Shown piece by piece: positions 7,247 to 16,279 of a DNA stretch of 35,379 bases. How positions within the stretch are numbered: the stretch's first letter is position 1; each line of letters starts with the position of its first letter. Source of the DNA: a virus (lineage: Duplodnaviria > Caudoviricetes); IMG/VR virus record IMGVR_UViG_3300025890_000063, positions 1-35,379 of that record; one strand, written 5' to 3'. A program made the position numbers and the translations under genes. The notes below the pieces were generated by a model. That model did not search any database and was not told where the DNA came from. It worked only from the letters and a program-made list of their open reading frames with translations.

Positions 7247-7487
7247 AGTCTCGATCTTCCAGGATTCGATACTCTTGTGGGACAGCGCCTGACGCGACGA
7301 TAGCGGACTTTATTCCAGGCATGACGATCATATCCCGCGTTTCCATGCCAGTCTCTTCGTCTATCCCGAAAACTGTTCTTTTGGGGACGTTCGCCGCCAT
7401 GAAATCCTTCTGTTCTTTTGGCTTAAATCCGTCTGGGATTTTTACATAGCTTAGGTGGTTTTGGCCTTGATACTGGATATATGACAT
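7245..7487 (-). CDS. Small protein after fibre gene (possible fibre chaperone)
   Basis: 80-aa ORF immediately downstream of fibre. Confidence 0.6.
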   Translation of the reverse strand: MSYIQYQGQNHLSYVKIPDGFKPKEQKDFMAANVPKRTVFGIDEETGMETRDMIVMPGIKSAIVASGAVPQEYRILEDRD

Positions 7488-7490
7488 TTG

Positions 7491-8786
7491 TTATCTCGCA
7501 CTTAGTTTGTAAAACTGATCAACACGCAGTGTCCGAGACACAGCGGATATTCGGTTGGTGAACCGGATGTAGGGGTAAAGGTCGGCTGTTGGGATGTTTG
7601 TGCTTGACGTTGCCTGAGCGACGTACTCACCCGCTAAAACACTTGAATTACTAGTGATTAGCTCAATGTTTGAGCTGTCGATAGCGTGAATTCTAACGTG
7701 CCAACGTGCGGTAGAACCGGACCCCTGCGACGTTGCCACACTCGTGGCTGTGCCGCCTGAAACGGTCCGTAGCGTAAAGTTTGCACCAGAGGCCCCGATA
7801 TCCCAATAGAACGCTATCTTATTGTCGTGCGTTCCATCCCAAACCCCAGCCTCTACGAGTATATTAGTCGACTGCAATGTTTCCAACTGTATGCCGAAAA
7901 CCTCGAACGACCCAATTGAGGCGCGCATGTTAGGCGCTTCCAATAAGTAACCGTCCCCATCTCCCGCTGTCCCTGAAACGAACTGGAAGAAACTCCTGAC
8001 GCCGTTCTCCCCTATGGAGAGTGAGCCACCGCCGCTTTGTTGCGTAGCTTGAAGGCCATTCGCTGCCAAGACCGCAGTTGACGCATCAAGCATTCGGTAG
8101 GCTTCCCAATGTCCTTGCCGCTTGGAAGCTGAGTGTGGTATCCGCCAAACAATAGTGTGGCGGGGGTCGCTTGACCCCACCGGGATAGTTTGGTCAGCGT
8201 CAAGCCCTATCATAACATGCGATGTTGAAGAGTAATCAACGTTTGCTGAGTTGTCGAACGTTCGGAAAAACCTATTATTCCCAAGCGCGACACCGCCTTC
8301 CACCGTCACTTCATTGAGCTTTGCCTTTTCGGCACTACTTATAACGCCAGCAGTTGACGCCGTGGCCTGAGGAATCGTAGCGTCTGTTCCTCCCGTACTA
8401 GTGACATCAACGGTTGTCGTAGTCGTTGTTACCCCCAAGTCATTGCTGGATGCAAGGGCGTCCAGTTTTGTCTTGTCGGTCGCCGTAAACGCTCCGGCTA
8501 AAGATGACGTGGCCGCCGGCACAACTGCATCCGTTCCAGTGCTGGAATGAATTGTGAAGCTTGACGCCCCTGTTGAGCTAGAAAGATCAGCGTTGCCTAA
8601 GCCATCAAGTCTAGTTTTGTCAGCTGCTGTTAGTGTCCCTGCGGCGCTTGTAGTTGCGGCTGGAACAGTTGCATTGTCGCCGCCGCTATTGGTTATCTCA
8701 ACGGTGTTAGCGGTGGGATTAACGCCAAGATTAGAGGTTGTCCCGCTCCCTCCACTACCGCCGCCGCCCTTGATAAAACTTGCCAT
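7491..8786 (-). CDS. Fibre / receptor-binding protein
   Basis: Three AT..AG....DK.KLD fibre repeats, G/S/T-rich, beta-sandwich-like C-terminus. Confidence 0.75.
   Translation of the reverse strand: MASFIKGGGGSGGSGTTSNLGVNPTANTVEITNSGGDNATVPAATTSAAGTLTAADKTRLDGLGNADLSSSTGASSFTIHSSTGTDAVVPAATSSLAGAFTATDKTKLDALASSNDLGVTTTTTTVDVTSTGGTDATIPQATASTAGVISSAEKAKLNEVTVEGGVALGNNRFFRTFDNSANVDYSSTSHVMIGLDADQTIPVGSSDPRHTIVWRIPHSASKRQGHWEAYRMLDASTAVLAANGLQATQQSGGGSLSIGENGVRSFFQFVSGTAGDGDGYLLEAPNMRASIGSFEVFGIQLETLQSTNILVEAGVWDGTHDNKIAFYWDIGASGANFTLRTVSGGTATSVATSQGSGSTARWHVRIHAIDSSNIELITSNSSVLAGEYVAQATSSTNIPTADLYPYIRFTNRISAVSRTLRVDQFYKLSAR
8316..8729 (-). repeat. Three ~48-aa fibre repeats
   Basis: VPAATTSAAGTLTAADKTRLD / VPAATSSLAGAFTATDKTKLD / IPQATASTAGVISSAEKAKLN. 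Confidence 0.8.
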
Positions 8787-8799
8787 GAATTTTTCCTAT

Positions 8800-8824
8800 A
8801 AAAAAAGGCCCCCAAAGGAGCCTT
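8800..8824 (-). terminator. Intrinsic terminator just upstream of fibre gene
   Basis: AAGGCTCC-TTTG-GGGGCC-T tract. Confidence 0.75.
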
Positions 8825-8959
8825 GTTGATTGATATTTACTGCTTATCACCTGACGTAATCAGCCGCCGCCTCTTCCCTCAAGGCCTCTTTGATGGAATA
8901 TGAGACGGCACCTAAAGCGATCACCATAATGGCCCCATTAAGGGCAGCGGCCTAGCCTG

Positions 8960-11900
8960 CTATTTTATGTCTTCCATAAAGTAATCTATAAGACTGTTCT
9001 TGCCGACAGCCACGCCAACCATCTCCATTAAGGACGGATCGCTTTTAAAGCTTAGGTCTTTTTCGAATAGCCCATCAATTACGCGGTTCGTCTGGGAAGA
9101 TGGCAAATGAAACAAAATGCCCCCCGCATCGACGTAAGACTTAAGAGTTGATTTGTTCCAGTCCCCATTCACTGCCTTTTTCAAAGGCCGCTCAAATGTT
9201 TTGCCCACAATAGCACCAAAGATTCCGCCACTTCCGTAGCCCTGTAGAGCGCTGCTTACCTCTCTTAAACCGGGCAAAGTTGCCATAGCCGAAAACCCTG
9301 TTTCCTTAGCAAGCCATACAGATAATTCCTCGTCTTCTTCTGGGCCAAACCCCTTAACCAAAGAGTAGAGAACGGCCTCCAAGGAAAAAAGCAACGCGAT
9401 ATCTGCCGCCCAGCTCACCACCTCGACGGGATCTCTAAAGTTTGTCTTTCCTGTTGTCTCGTAAGCCACGTTGAACTTTGCGAACATGTAAGAGCCAAGC
9501 GTAGTAAACAGGCGCGGGAGTTCACTTTGCCTAATGTTGGCGCTCATCGTGCCACGCTCTAGCATACCCCTATCGGATAGAATGCCGCTGCCCTGTGCCC
9601 TTTTGACTGCATCGTCAGCAAACAGCCTTGCTCTATCTTCGTCATTTGTTCGGCCTATTTCCACATCATAAGCCCCGAGCCACGTGGGCACGTCCACAGC
9701 GTAGTATTGCGTTTTCTGCATCATGTAAAAGGAAGTTGGGATAACAATATCGCGATGAAACTTAGCCCACCGGCCAGTAAGCGGCCCATCCTCAAAGCCC
9801 CCAACAACGTTAAAAATATCCCTTTCAAATGTCTTTTGGCGTTCTGCCATAAATGCAGATGACTCCGTTACCTCCCTAGATATTCTTCTAGCGTCTCCTA
9901 GGTAATTGATCATAGCCTTAGCCATGGGTTTCTTGCCCACAACGACCATAGACTGCGCAAGGCCTGACGGTTGAATTAGTGCTGTGCTAACGTTCAGTGC
10001 TAACCGACTGACGGCAAAGCCCTGTCGCAACCACCTAGTATAACGTTGGAAGCCTTGAGCGGTAACGTAGTCGCCGACCGCTGTATCTTGAACCCACAAG
10101 CGTAAAGCCTCGTGGTCCGCCATCATGCTATATTCCCGGAACTTATCTACCACCTTCTTAGAGGTTAAAAGGCGTGAGGCATTTGCAACAGGCTCGCCAA
10201 GTTCCAAGTCATAAATCACTTGCGAAACATGGTTGTGAGCGACTGACAAATCTAGCAATAACCCTTTGTCCGTCTTGTCTGCTCTTTCTTTGGTGTGGCC
10301 GCTTTCAGTTTGCGCCTTGCTAAACCGGCCACCCATCAAAGAGGCCTCCAGCCCCTGCCGATCGCTCACACTAGAAAGTCTAGAATCGTACTTGATCGGG
10401 TAGTACCCGCCCTTGACGAAATCAGGCGCGCCCGCGATCATTAGGCGGCTTTCCACCTTCTTCGGGGGAACCCCCGTTAGCCTCTTTTCCTTTTCTGCTA
10501 TCTCGGGCCAATAGGTGCCCAGATAGTCCCAAATGTTTTGGACAACTTGCCAATCTTTGGCGGTCATCTCCTGTTCAAGAACGGTAGAAACCTGGGATTC
10601 AGTGAAGCGCCCGTTTGCCTTGCGGTTTGTCAATCTTTCGTAATTGTCTTTATTGCCAGTGTTAAGGGCAATTGAGATAAGGTCCCACTTGGAAAAATCG
10701 TCGCCCAAGACCTCAACATAGCGGCGTTTAGAATTCTCTCGTTGCTCTTTCGCTGAAAACACACTGTAGATTTCATCGAAATCATTCGCCATTTTATTCC
10801 GGCGCAACTGCAACCTGGCTTGCGCCTCATCTACTGGCTTCTTTATGGCCGACCAGACAGGCCCAAGGTCTTTGAAACCGTCAATCTTTCTCAACAGGGT
10901 AGAAGCGTTAAGCGTCAAGTTAAGGTATTCGCGAAAAGTATTCTTATCCCCATCGACTTTAGTCGCTGTTCTCGATATCTTTGGCCTATCAAGATTACTA
11001 TCAAAGGAGTCGACAACATCGCCGATGACCTTGTTAAAGTCTCGCTTTGATTTTGCGTCGACCAATTTTTGTGCTCTACGGCCCATGTGATCGATATTAG
11101 CAACGGTATCAAAAAAACCCACCACCTCCGAGACTGACAAGCGGGTGTAATGCTTCTTTTGTGCCTCCTTTAAAAATCGCTCATCGACTGACAGTTCATT
11201 TTCTCTACCTTCTTCCACCATTCTAGCCACAAAGCTTTTTAAACCTTCCGCATTCTTTATTTGCCCCTCGGCACGAATGCGAAAATCATAGTCGCTGAGA
11301 AGCGCGTCGATTTGCTGGATATACTGGCCAGCAAGTGCTTCGCGAACTTTTGGTTTGTTGTAGGCCATCATTTTTTCACGGCCTTTTTTCAAGACCTTTT
11401 CAAATGCCAAAGCCTCTCTATATAGATTCTGGTTTAGTATCTGCCTTTCTTTGGCCTCGTATGCCTCCCTTAGAAGCCCTTCAGGATCGCGAACTTTGCT
11501 AGTGGCGATACGTGAAAAAGCCCTCTCTGCCTCAGCCGCTGCTTTTCTTTCTGCTTTCAAGAACTGATAGGGTTTACTTGCCTGCTTAACAGACATGCTC
11601 TGAATAGCCTCTTTAGCCCGTGCGGAATAAAAACCGGCCCTAATGTTACGTGTTGGGATGCCTGCCTTGCCTGCAAAATATCTAGCCTCTGCAACAAGAA
11701 CGCTACTTTGTTCTTTACTGTGGATTGCTGCTAACGCTTCTTGCTCAATGGTGCCATCATTAAGCGGATCACCATAGCGCGCCATCATTAAAGTATTTGT
11801 TTCTTGCTCAATAACATCCTTGCGCTTGCCTGTGTTCTGCAAGGCTTCGATCATTTGCCCAGCACTTTGGTAGCCAAACAGCTCTGCCACCACGGTAGGG

Positions 11901-14900
11901 CTTTCCCCACCAGGACCATAAATAGCCGCCTTACCACCAAGGCGTGACCGGCTAAGTTCTGGTAACACGCCTTCCCCAAACATCTCGACCAGTTCGGCCT
12001 TGTCTATCTTTATGCCCGGAACCTCAGCATCATCATCGCTCAACCATCGCCCATTAGCCAGGATCTCAACAAGCCTGTGTTCTTTTCGGCTGCTAACTAT
12101 TGGCTCGATCTCAGCTCTAACAGAGGCCTTTTCCGCCTTATACCAAGATTCTTTTTCTCTGCGGACGGCATCCATGGTTTTAGCCAATAACGTTTGCTCT
12201 GCGTCTTCAGCCGTTCTTTTGACAATCCGTTGGTAGGACTTAAACGACTTTTCATCCATGCCCGGTGGGGGAACTTTAGCGAATAGCGGGCGATAAGCGG
12301 CATCAGATTGAGCCGCTGCAATCTGGCTTTCTGTCGCCAGCATTCTATCCATGACCTCCCGTATTTCGTCGCTTACCTTTACGTCTAGGCCTGCAACCGT
12401 TTTGTATATTCGAGTGAGCCAAGATTTAAACCTAGAGAAAGCAGAAGCCAGCTCCAAACTTGGTGCCTTGCCCTCCATCAAGTAGGCCTCAAATGACCTC
12501 GCCCATTTTTCATGGTGCTCTACTTCGAATTTCCCGTCGCTTCCGAGATACTTATTAATAACAGCTAAGTCAGCTTTCATTTCAGCCGGCGCACTGTCTT
12601 CACTGGCCAACGTGGAAAACGCTTCCAGAAAAAAGTGCCCACTCTCATGCAAGAACGTGGATAAGTCCGCTTTCTCAAATAAGTTTATCACCGTCTCACC
12701 TTCAGCAAGTCCGCCGTTTGGCAATTGGATCGATCCGCGCTTTTTACCTGTGTCCTGAAAAAACAATTTCTTGCCGACGGATTGATAGAGAATTCGCGGG
12801 TCATCCGGATCGAACGTGCCACGATTGTCGACGGATTTTATTTGATTGGCATTAAAAGCAACGAATGTATCGGCTACGTGCTGCTCACTATCAGAGACAG
12901 GCCCATCCTTAACGTCTTTGACGACAAGCCCGTCATATCCCAGCTTGCGAGCAACTTTGACAAGATCGTCAACGTCCGCGCGTTCGACACCCAGAGAAGA
13001 AAGAGTCCCGTCGCTGGGCGATTCCGATGGCGAACTTGTCTCTCTAAAAAGCGGGACAAGTTCGTCATAGAGCTTGTTAAGCAAGTCTATGTCGTCTTTG
13101 TGAATTGCCTCTTTGTCAGGGGCATGATCACCCTCAAATCTTGTCGTGCCGTCAAATGACGCCCACCCAGAGCCATCAGCATAAACGAGCATGGGGTCTT
13201 TGATACTAAGGTAAACGTCCATGACTTCTTGCCCGTAGCTTTCAGAGACCCTCTTGTCACTACTGAAAAACGCGCCTTGCCTTTCGCCGGTTGTATTGAA
13301 CACCTGAAATGAATCGCTGGAATAAACGTTAGCGTTTGTCCCGTGATAAGCTACCAGTGGATTGCCACTTTCATCAACGACTTTGCTGTCGCCGAACCAA
13401 GCTTTAAAAGCTTCGCTATTTATGGCTGGCGCTGATTGATAAAGAGCACGGCCAGGCTCGAAGGTGGTTAAATCAAGGATCTCAGAAGTGTGAGCAGTGC
13501 CTTCTTTTTCAATAGTTACGACGCCATCGTACCCCGCGCCTATCAACGCTTGGCTTAGTTTTTTACCCGTAACGCCACCAAACGCCGCCGATAAATTTCT
13601 TTTCCAATCCAGCGCGTCAACGACAAGAGGGTTTTCAAAGTTCAACTCGCCAGACACAAGGTTTTCAGGCAGATCTTCACGAATGTTCTCGACCGCCGTT
13701 ACATACCGCCCAGAAGGCTCGAACCCACGGTCGTAAGGGCTGTCTTTGTTTGGGATGCCGAAATGTGCCGTGGCCGAGTCAGTGTTGTGAACAAAATTAA
13801 ATTTGACAGGCTTATTGGTTTTAAAGGCCCCCAGCTCAGCAAGATTTGCTTTCGCAAGGTCAGCCTGGAAAAGTTCTGCCTCCTTATCACGCCCTCTAGA
13901 AATAGCCTCTATTACTTCGTCATTAGTCAGCACGCTTAAATCAAGGTCATTGTCTTCTATCTTGCTTTCAAGGACAGCTATATCGCTGTTCAATGCAGGG
14001 TCATTGACAGAGTAAACAGGGTCGCCACTTACTTCTTTTTCGATGGCTTCCAGCAACGGAGCGGCGAAGTCGATTTCTTCGCCGCCCATATTCCCGCGAG
14101 CAGCTCCGACTAATTCGGGTAAATACCCCTCTAGCGCCGCGTCACGTCCTGCCTCATCCCAATCAACCCCAGGCCTTTCGGCTGGGAAGCCGTCTAAACT
14201 TTGTTGCCCTCGCTTTGCTTCATCTCTTGTTTCCGCAATGATAGACTTAGGAGCGCCAATAGAAGACAGTTCCCCGCCCTCGTCTCTCAAGCCGCCTTTT
14301 TCTTGCAGGAACTGCAAAAGGGAAGCCCCCTTTTTAGGCTGCTTTCCTTTTCTGATAAGGTTCAATTGCAGATCAAGATCACTGCGTTTCCGCGCTTCAG
14401 GGCTGGCAGGCCCTTGGATGCGAACGCCGAACCGACGCGACAAATCAAGCGCGTCATCTCCATAGCGCTCTGATACAGTAGACCAGAAGGCCGCCCAGAC
14501 TTTCGATTGATTTTCAGCCACATCAACAGACTGGCCAGCACTTCTCAATTGCGAATAAATATCATCGTAAATTTGCTGTTCACTGTCTTTGGTGGACTGG
14601 CTGGCCTTTCTATCGTTTTCGGCCTCAACTAGGATTTCCTCTAAAACCCTTGCCGCTGTGTCGTTAAATTCCGTCGCCTCATTCAGTGGCATTTCGTCTA
14701 GATCAAATACAGCGTTGTCTTTAAACCAGCCCTGCAAGTCAGTGCCGCTGATGTTTGACGCGTAGTTAGTCGCCGGAACCGCTATAGTTCCACCAACGGA
14801 AAGCGCTTCCTCGTAGTCAGCAACATCAACGCCCCAATCGCCTAGAACGTCTTCGTTTAGTTCCAAACCTAGGCTTTGAAAGTATTCATTCGCGGCCTCA

Positions 14901-16279
14901 GCTGGGACAAATAATGTTTCATCTGCTAAGCCAGAAGCGTCAAGAGCCTCCTTAAACTTTTCTGGGTGGCGGGCTTTCAGTTTCGAATTCTTAGCCTGCT
15001 TATCGATAGCGCCCATTTTCTTGGCGCTTTCTCCTGATTTTCCCGAGGCCTCAAGCCTCTTCAGGAAGGCTCGGCCACCCACGCCACCAACTTCAATGGG
15101 CGCTGTGGAAAGCTCTGCTAGGCCCTCTATGACAATTTCCTGGTAGTTAATCTCCTGACCAGAAAGCACTTGTGCCGCCGCCTCACCGCCTGAGCCGCTG
15201 ATAGCCTGTACTAAGCCCTGCAAAACAACTTCACCCAACGGAGAGGACGACAATTGCTTTCCTGCAATGCCTCCACTAACAGCATCCACTAATCCAATTG
15301 TGACGCCACGAATAACCCCACGCTTTCGCGCCTCTTGCATTAGCTCTGTATCTTGTAAAGCTTTTGCGGCAGCTTCTGGCGTTGAAAGGTCTATGCCTTT
15401 CTCTTTTAGAAATTCATTTGCTGAAGTAGCTTGCTCTATTGCAGCGCTGCTGCCGCCAAACACGACAGCACCGACCCCAGGGTTTCTTGTAGCTGCCGTG
15501 GCTGCGACGCTTGCCGCAAGAACTGGTACAGTTTCAACGCCTGTTTCAGCAACGAAAGCAAAACCGCCAATAGGGTCTCTTAAGAAAGCATTAAGCGTAC
15601 TTGCTATCGTGTTGTCAGCCGACGCTAGCCCGTAATCTGCGAACGTCTTAGCAATTTCCGACATTGGTATTTTAGAGGCCTTGGTGAGAATGCGGTCCAC
15701 GTCGGCCACTCTCTCGGCTGCTCTTTGGGCGAACTTGTCCCTGTCCTCTTCTGTTGCCTTCTCAATATTTTTGTAGCGGACATTAGCCACATCAAAGGCA
15801 TTCATTTGCAGCATAGGCAAAGCGGTAGAGCCGCCCACCTTGTCGAGTTCTTCCTTGTATAGATCTTGAAGTGTCTTGCCTACATCAAGGGCCTGTTGCG
15901 TTCGAAGCATGGACTCCGCATCCGCAGGAACGGCAGAGGCACGCCTAGCACCACGGCCAAGAGCGCGCCCAACTGGGCCCGTGTTCTTCTCGAACCATGT
16001 TAAATTCTGAATGTCGTCTCTAGCGAGGCTTGCGTTACTCTTGTCCCTTGAAAGCCATGCGGAAGTCTTTGGGGCATCTGTTAATTCAGCTTCTGCTTTC
16101 CTTTTGTCGAATTGCGCCCTGTAGTTATCTCTATCCAGGGCCACAACAGAGGGGGGCAAGGCGAAAGCAGCACTTAATTCCAAGTCACCCGCGAGACTAT
16201 CAGGATTCGTGCCAGGGTCCGAAAGATTAGGCTTGTTCGGATTTGGGAGGCCGTTGATATACTCGTCGAACTTACCCAT
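8960..16279 (-). CDS. Large ejection/polyvalent protein with ART-like and HExxH domains
   Basis: 2439 aa, last ejection gene; AFKAWFGDSKVVD..G.PL..YHGT...GYDG...QIKS ART-PolyVal pattern; DLSTFLHESGH...HEKWARSFE.Y metallopeptidase-like pattern. Confidence 0.85.
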   Translation of the reverse strand: MGKFDEYINGLPNPNKPNLSDPGTNPDSLAGDLELSAAFALPPSVVALDRDNYRAQFDKRKAEAELTDAPKTSAWLSRDKSNASLARDDIQNLTWFEKNTGPVGRALGRGARRASAVPADAESMLRTQQALDVGKTLQDLYKEELDKVGGSTALPMLQMNAFDVANVRYKNIEKATEEDRDKFAQRAAERVADVDRILTKASKIPMSEIAKTFADYGLASADNTIASTLNAFLRDPIGGFAFVAETGVETVPVLAASVAATAATRNPGVGAVVFGGSSAAIEQATSANEFLKEKGIDLSTPEAAAKALQDTELMQEARKRGVIRGVTIGLVDAVSGGIAGKQLSSSPLGEVVLQGLVQAISGSGGEAAAQVLSGQEINYQEIVIEGLAELSTAPIEVGGVGGRAFLKRLEASGKSGESAKKMGAIDKQAKNSKLKARHPEKFKEALDASGLADETLFVPAEAANEYFQSLGLELNEDVLGDWGVDVADYEEALSVGGTIAVPATNYASNISGTDLQGWFKDNAVFDLDEMPLNEATEFNDTAARVLEEILVEAENDRKASQSTKDSEQQIYDDIYSQLRSAGQSVDVAENQSKVWAAFWSTVSERYGDDALDLSRRFGVRIQGPASPEARKRSDLDLQLNLIRKGKQPKKGASLLQFLQEKGGLRDEGGELSSIGAPKSIIAETRDEAKRGQQSLDGFPAERPGVDWDEAGRDAALEGYLPELVGAARGNMGGEEIDFAAPLLEAIEKEVSGDPVYSVNDPALNSDIAVLESKIEDNDLDLSVLTNDEVIEAISRGRDKEAELFQADLAKANLAELGAFKTNKPVKFNFVHNTDSATAHFGIPNKDSPYDRGFEPSGRYVTAVENIREDLPENLVSGELNFENPLVVDALDWKRNLSAAFGGVTGKKLSQALIGAGYDGVVTIEKEGTAHTSEILDLTTFEPGRALYQSAPAINSEAFKAWFGDSKVVDESGNPLVAYHGTNANVYSSDSFQVFNTTGERQGAFFSSDKRVSESYGQEVMDVYLSIKDPMLVYADGSGWASFDGTTRFEGDHAPDKEAIHKDDIDLLNKLYDELVPLFRETSSPSESPSDGTLSSLGVERADVDDLVKVARKLGYDGLVVKDVKDGPVSDSEQHVADTFVAFNANQIKSVDNRGTFDPDDPRILYQSVGKKLFFQDTGKKRGSIQLPNGGLAEGETVINLFEKADLSTFLHESGHFFLEAFSTLASEDSAPAEMKADLAVINKYLGSDGKFEVEHHEKWARSFEAYLMEGKAPSLELASAFSRFKSWLTRIYKTVAGLDVKVSDEIREVMDRMLATESQIAAAQSDAAYRPLFAKVPPPGMDEKSFKSYQRIVKRTAEDAEQTLLAKTMDAVRREKESWYKAEKASVRAEIEPIVSSRKEHRLVEILANGRWLSDDDAEVPGIKIDKAELVEMFGEGVLPELSRSRLGGKAAIYGPGGESPTVVAELFGYQSAGQMIEALQNTGKRKDVIEQETNTLMMARYGDPLNDGTIEQEALAAIHSKEQSSVLVAEARYFAGKAGIPTRNIRAGFYSARAKEAIQSMSVKQASKPYQFLKAERKAAAEAERAFSRIATSKVRDPEGLLREAYEAKERQILNQNLYREALAFEKVLKKGREKMMAYNKPKVREALAGQYIQQIDALLSDYDFRIRAEGQIKNAEGLKSFVARMVEEGRENELSVDERFLKEAQKKHYTRLSVSEVVGFFDTVANIDHMGRRAQKLVDAKSKRDFNKVIGDVVDSFDSNLDRPKISRTATKVDGDKNTFREYLNLTLNASTLLRKIDGFKDLGPVWSAIKKPVDEAQARLQLRRNKMANDFDEIYSVFSAKEQRENSKRRYVEVLGDDFSKWDLISIALNTGNKDNYERLTNRKANGRFTESQVSTVLEQEMTAKDWQVVQNIWDYLGTYWPEIAEKEKRLTGVPPKKVESRLMIAGAPDFVKGGYYPIKYDSRLSSVSDRQGLEASLMGGRFSKAQTESGHTKERADKTDKGLLLDLSVAHNHVSQVIYDLELGEPVANASRLLTSKKVVDKFREYSMMADHEALRLWVQDTAVGDYVTAQGFQRYTRWLRQGFAVSRLALNVSTALIQPSGLAQSMVVVGKKPMAKAMINYLGDARRISREVTESSAFMAERQKTFERDIFNVVGGFEDGPLTGRWAKFHRDIVIPTSFYMMQKTQYYAVDVPTWLGAYDVEIGRTNDEDRARLFADDAVKRAQGSGILSDRGMLERGTMSANIRQSELPRLFTTLGSYMFAKFNVAYETTGKTNFRDPVEVVSWAADIALLFSLEAVLYSLVKGFGPEEDEELSVWLAKETGFSAMATLPGLREVSSALQGYGSGGIFGAIVGKTFERPLKKAVNGDWNKSTLKSYVDAGGILFHLPSSQTNRVIDGLFEKDLSFKSDPSLMEMVGVAVGKNSLIDYFMEDIK

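Noticed and set aside
7491-8786. BPP-1-type diversity-generating retroelement on the fibre
   Set aside because: No reverse transcriptase, and no TR/VR repeat pair seen in the window
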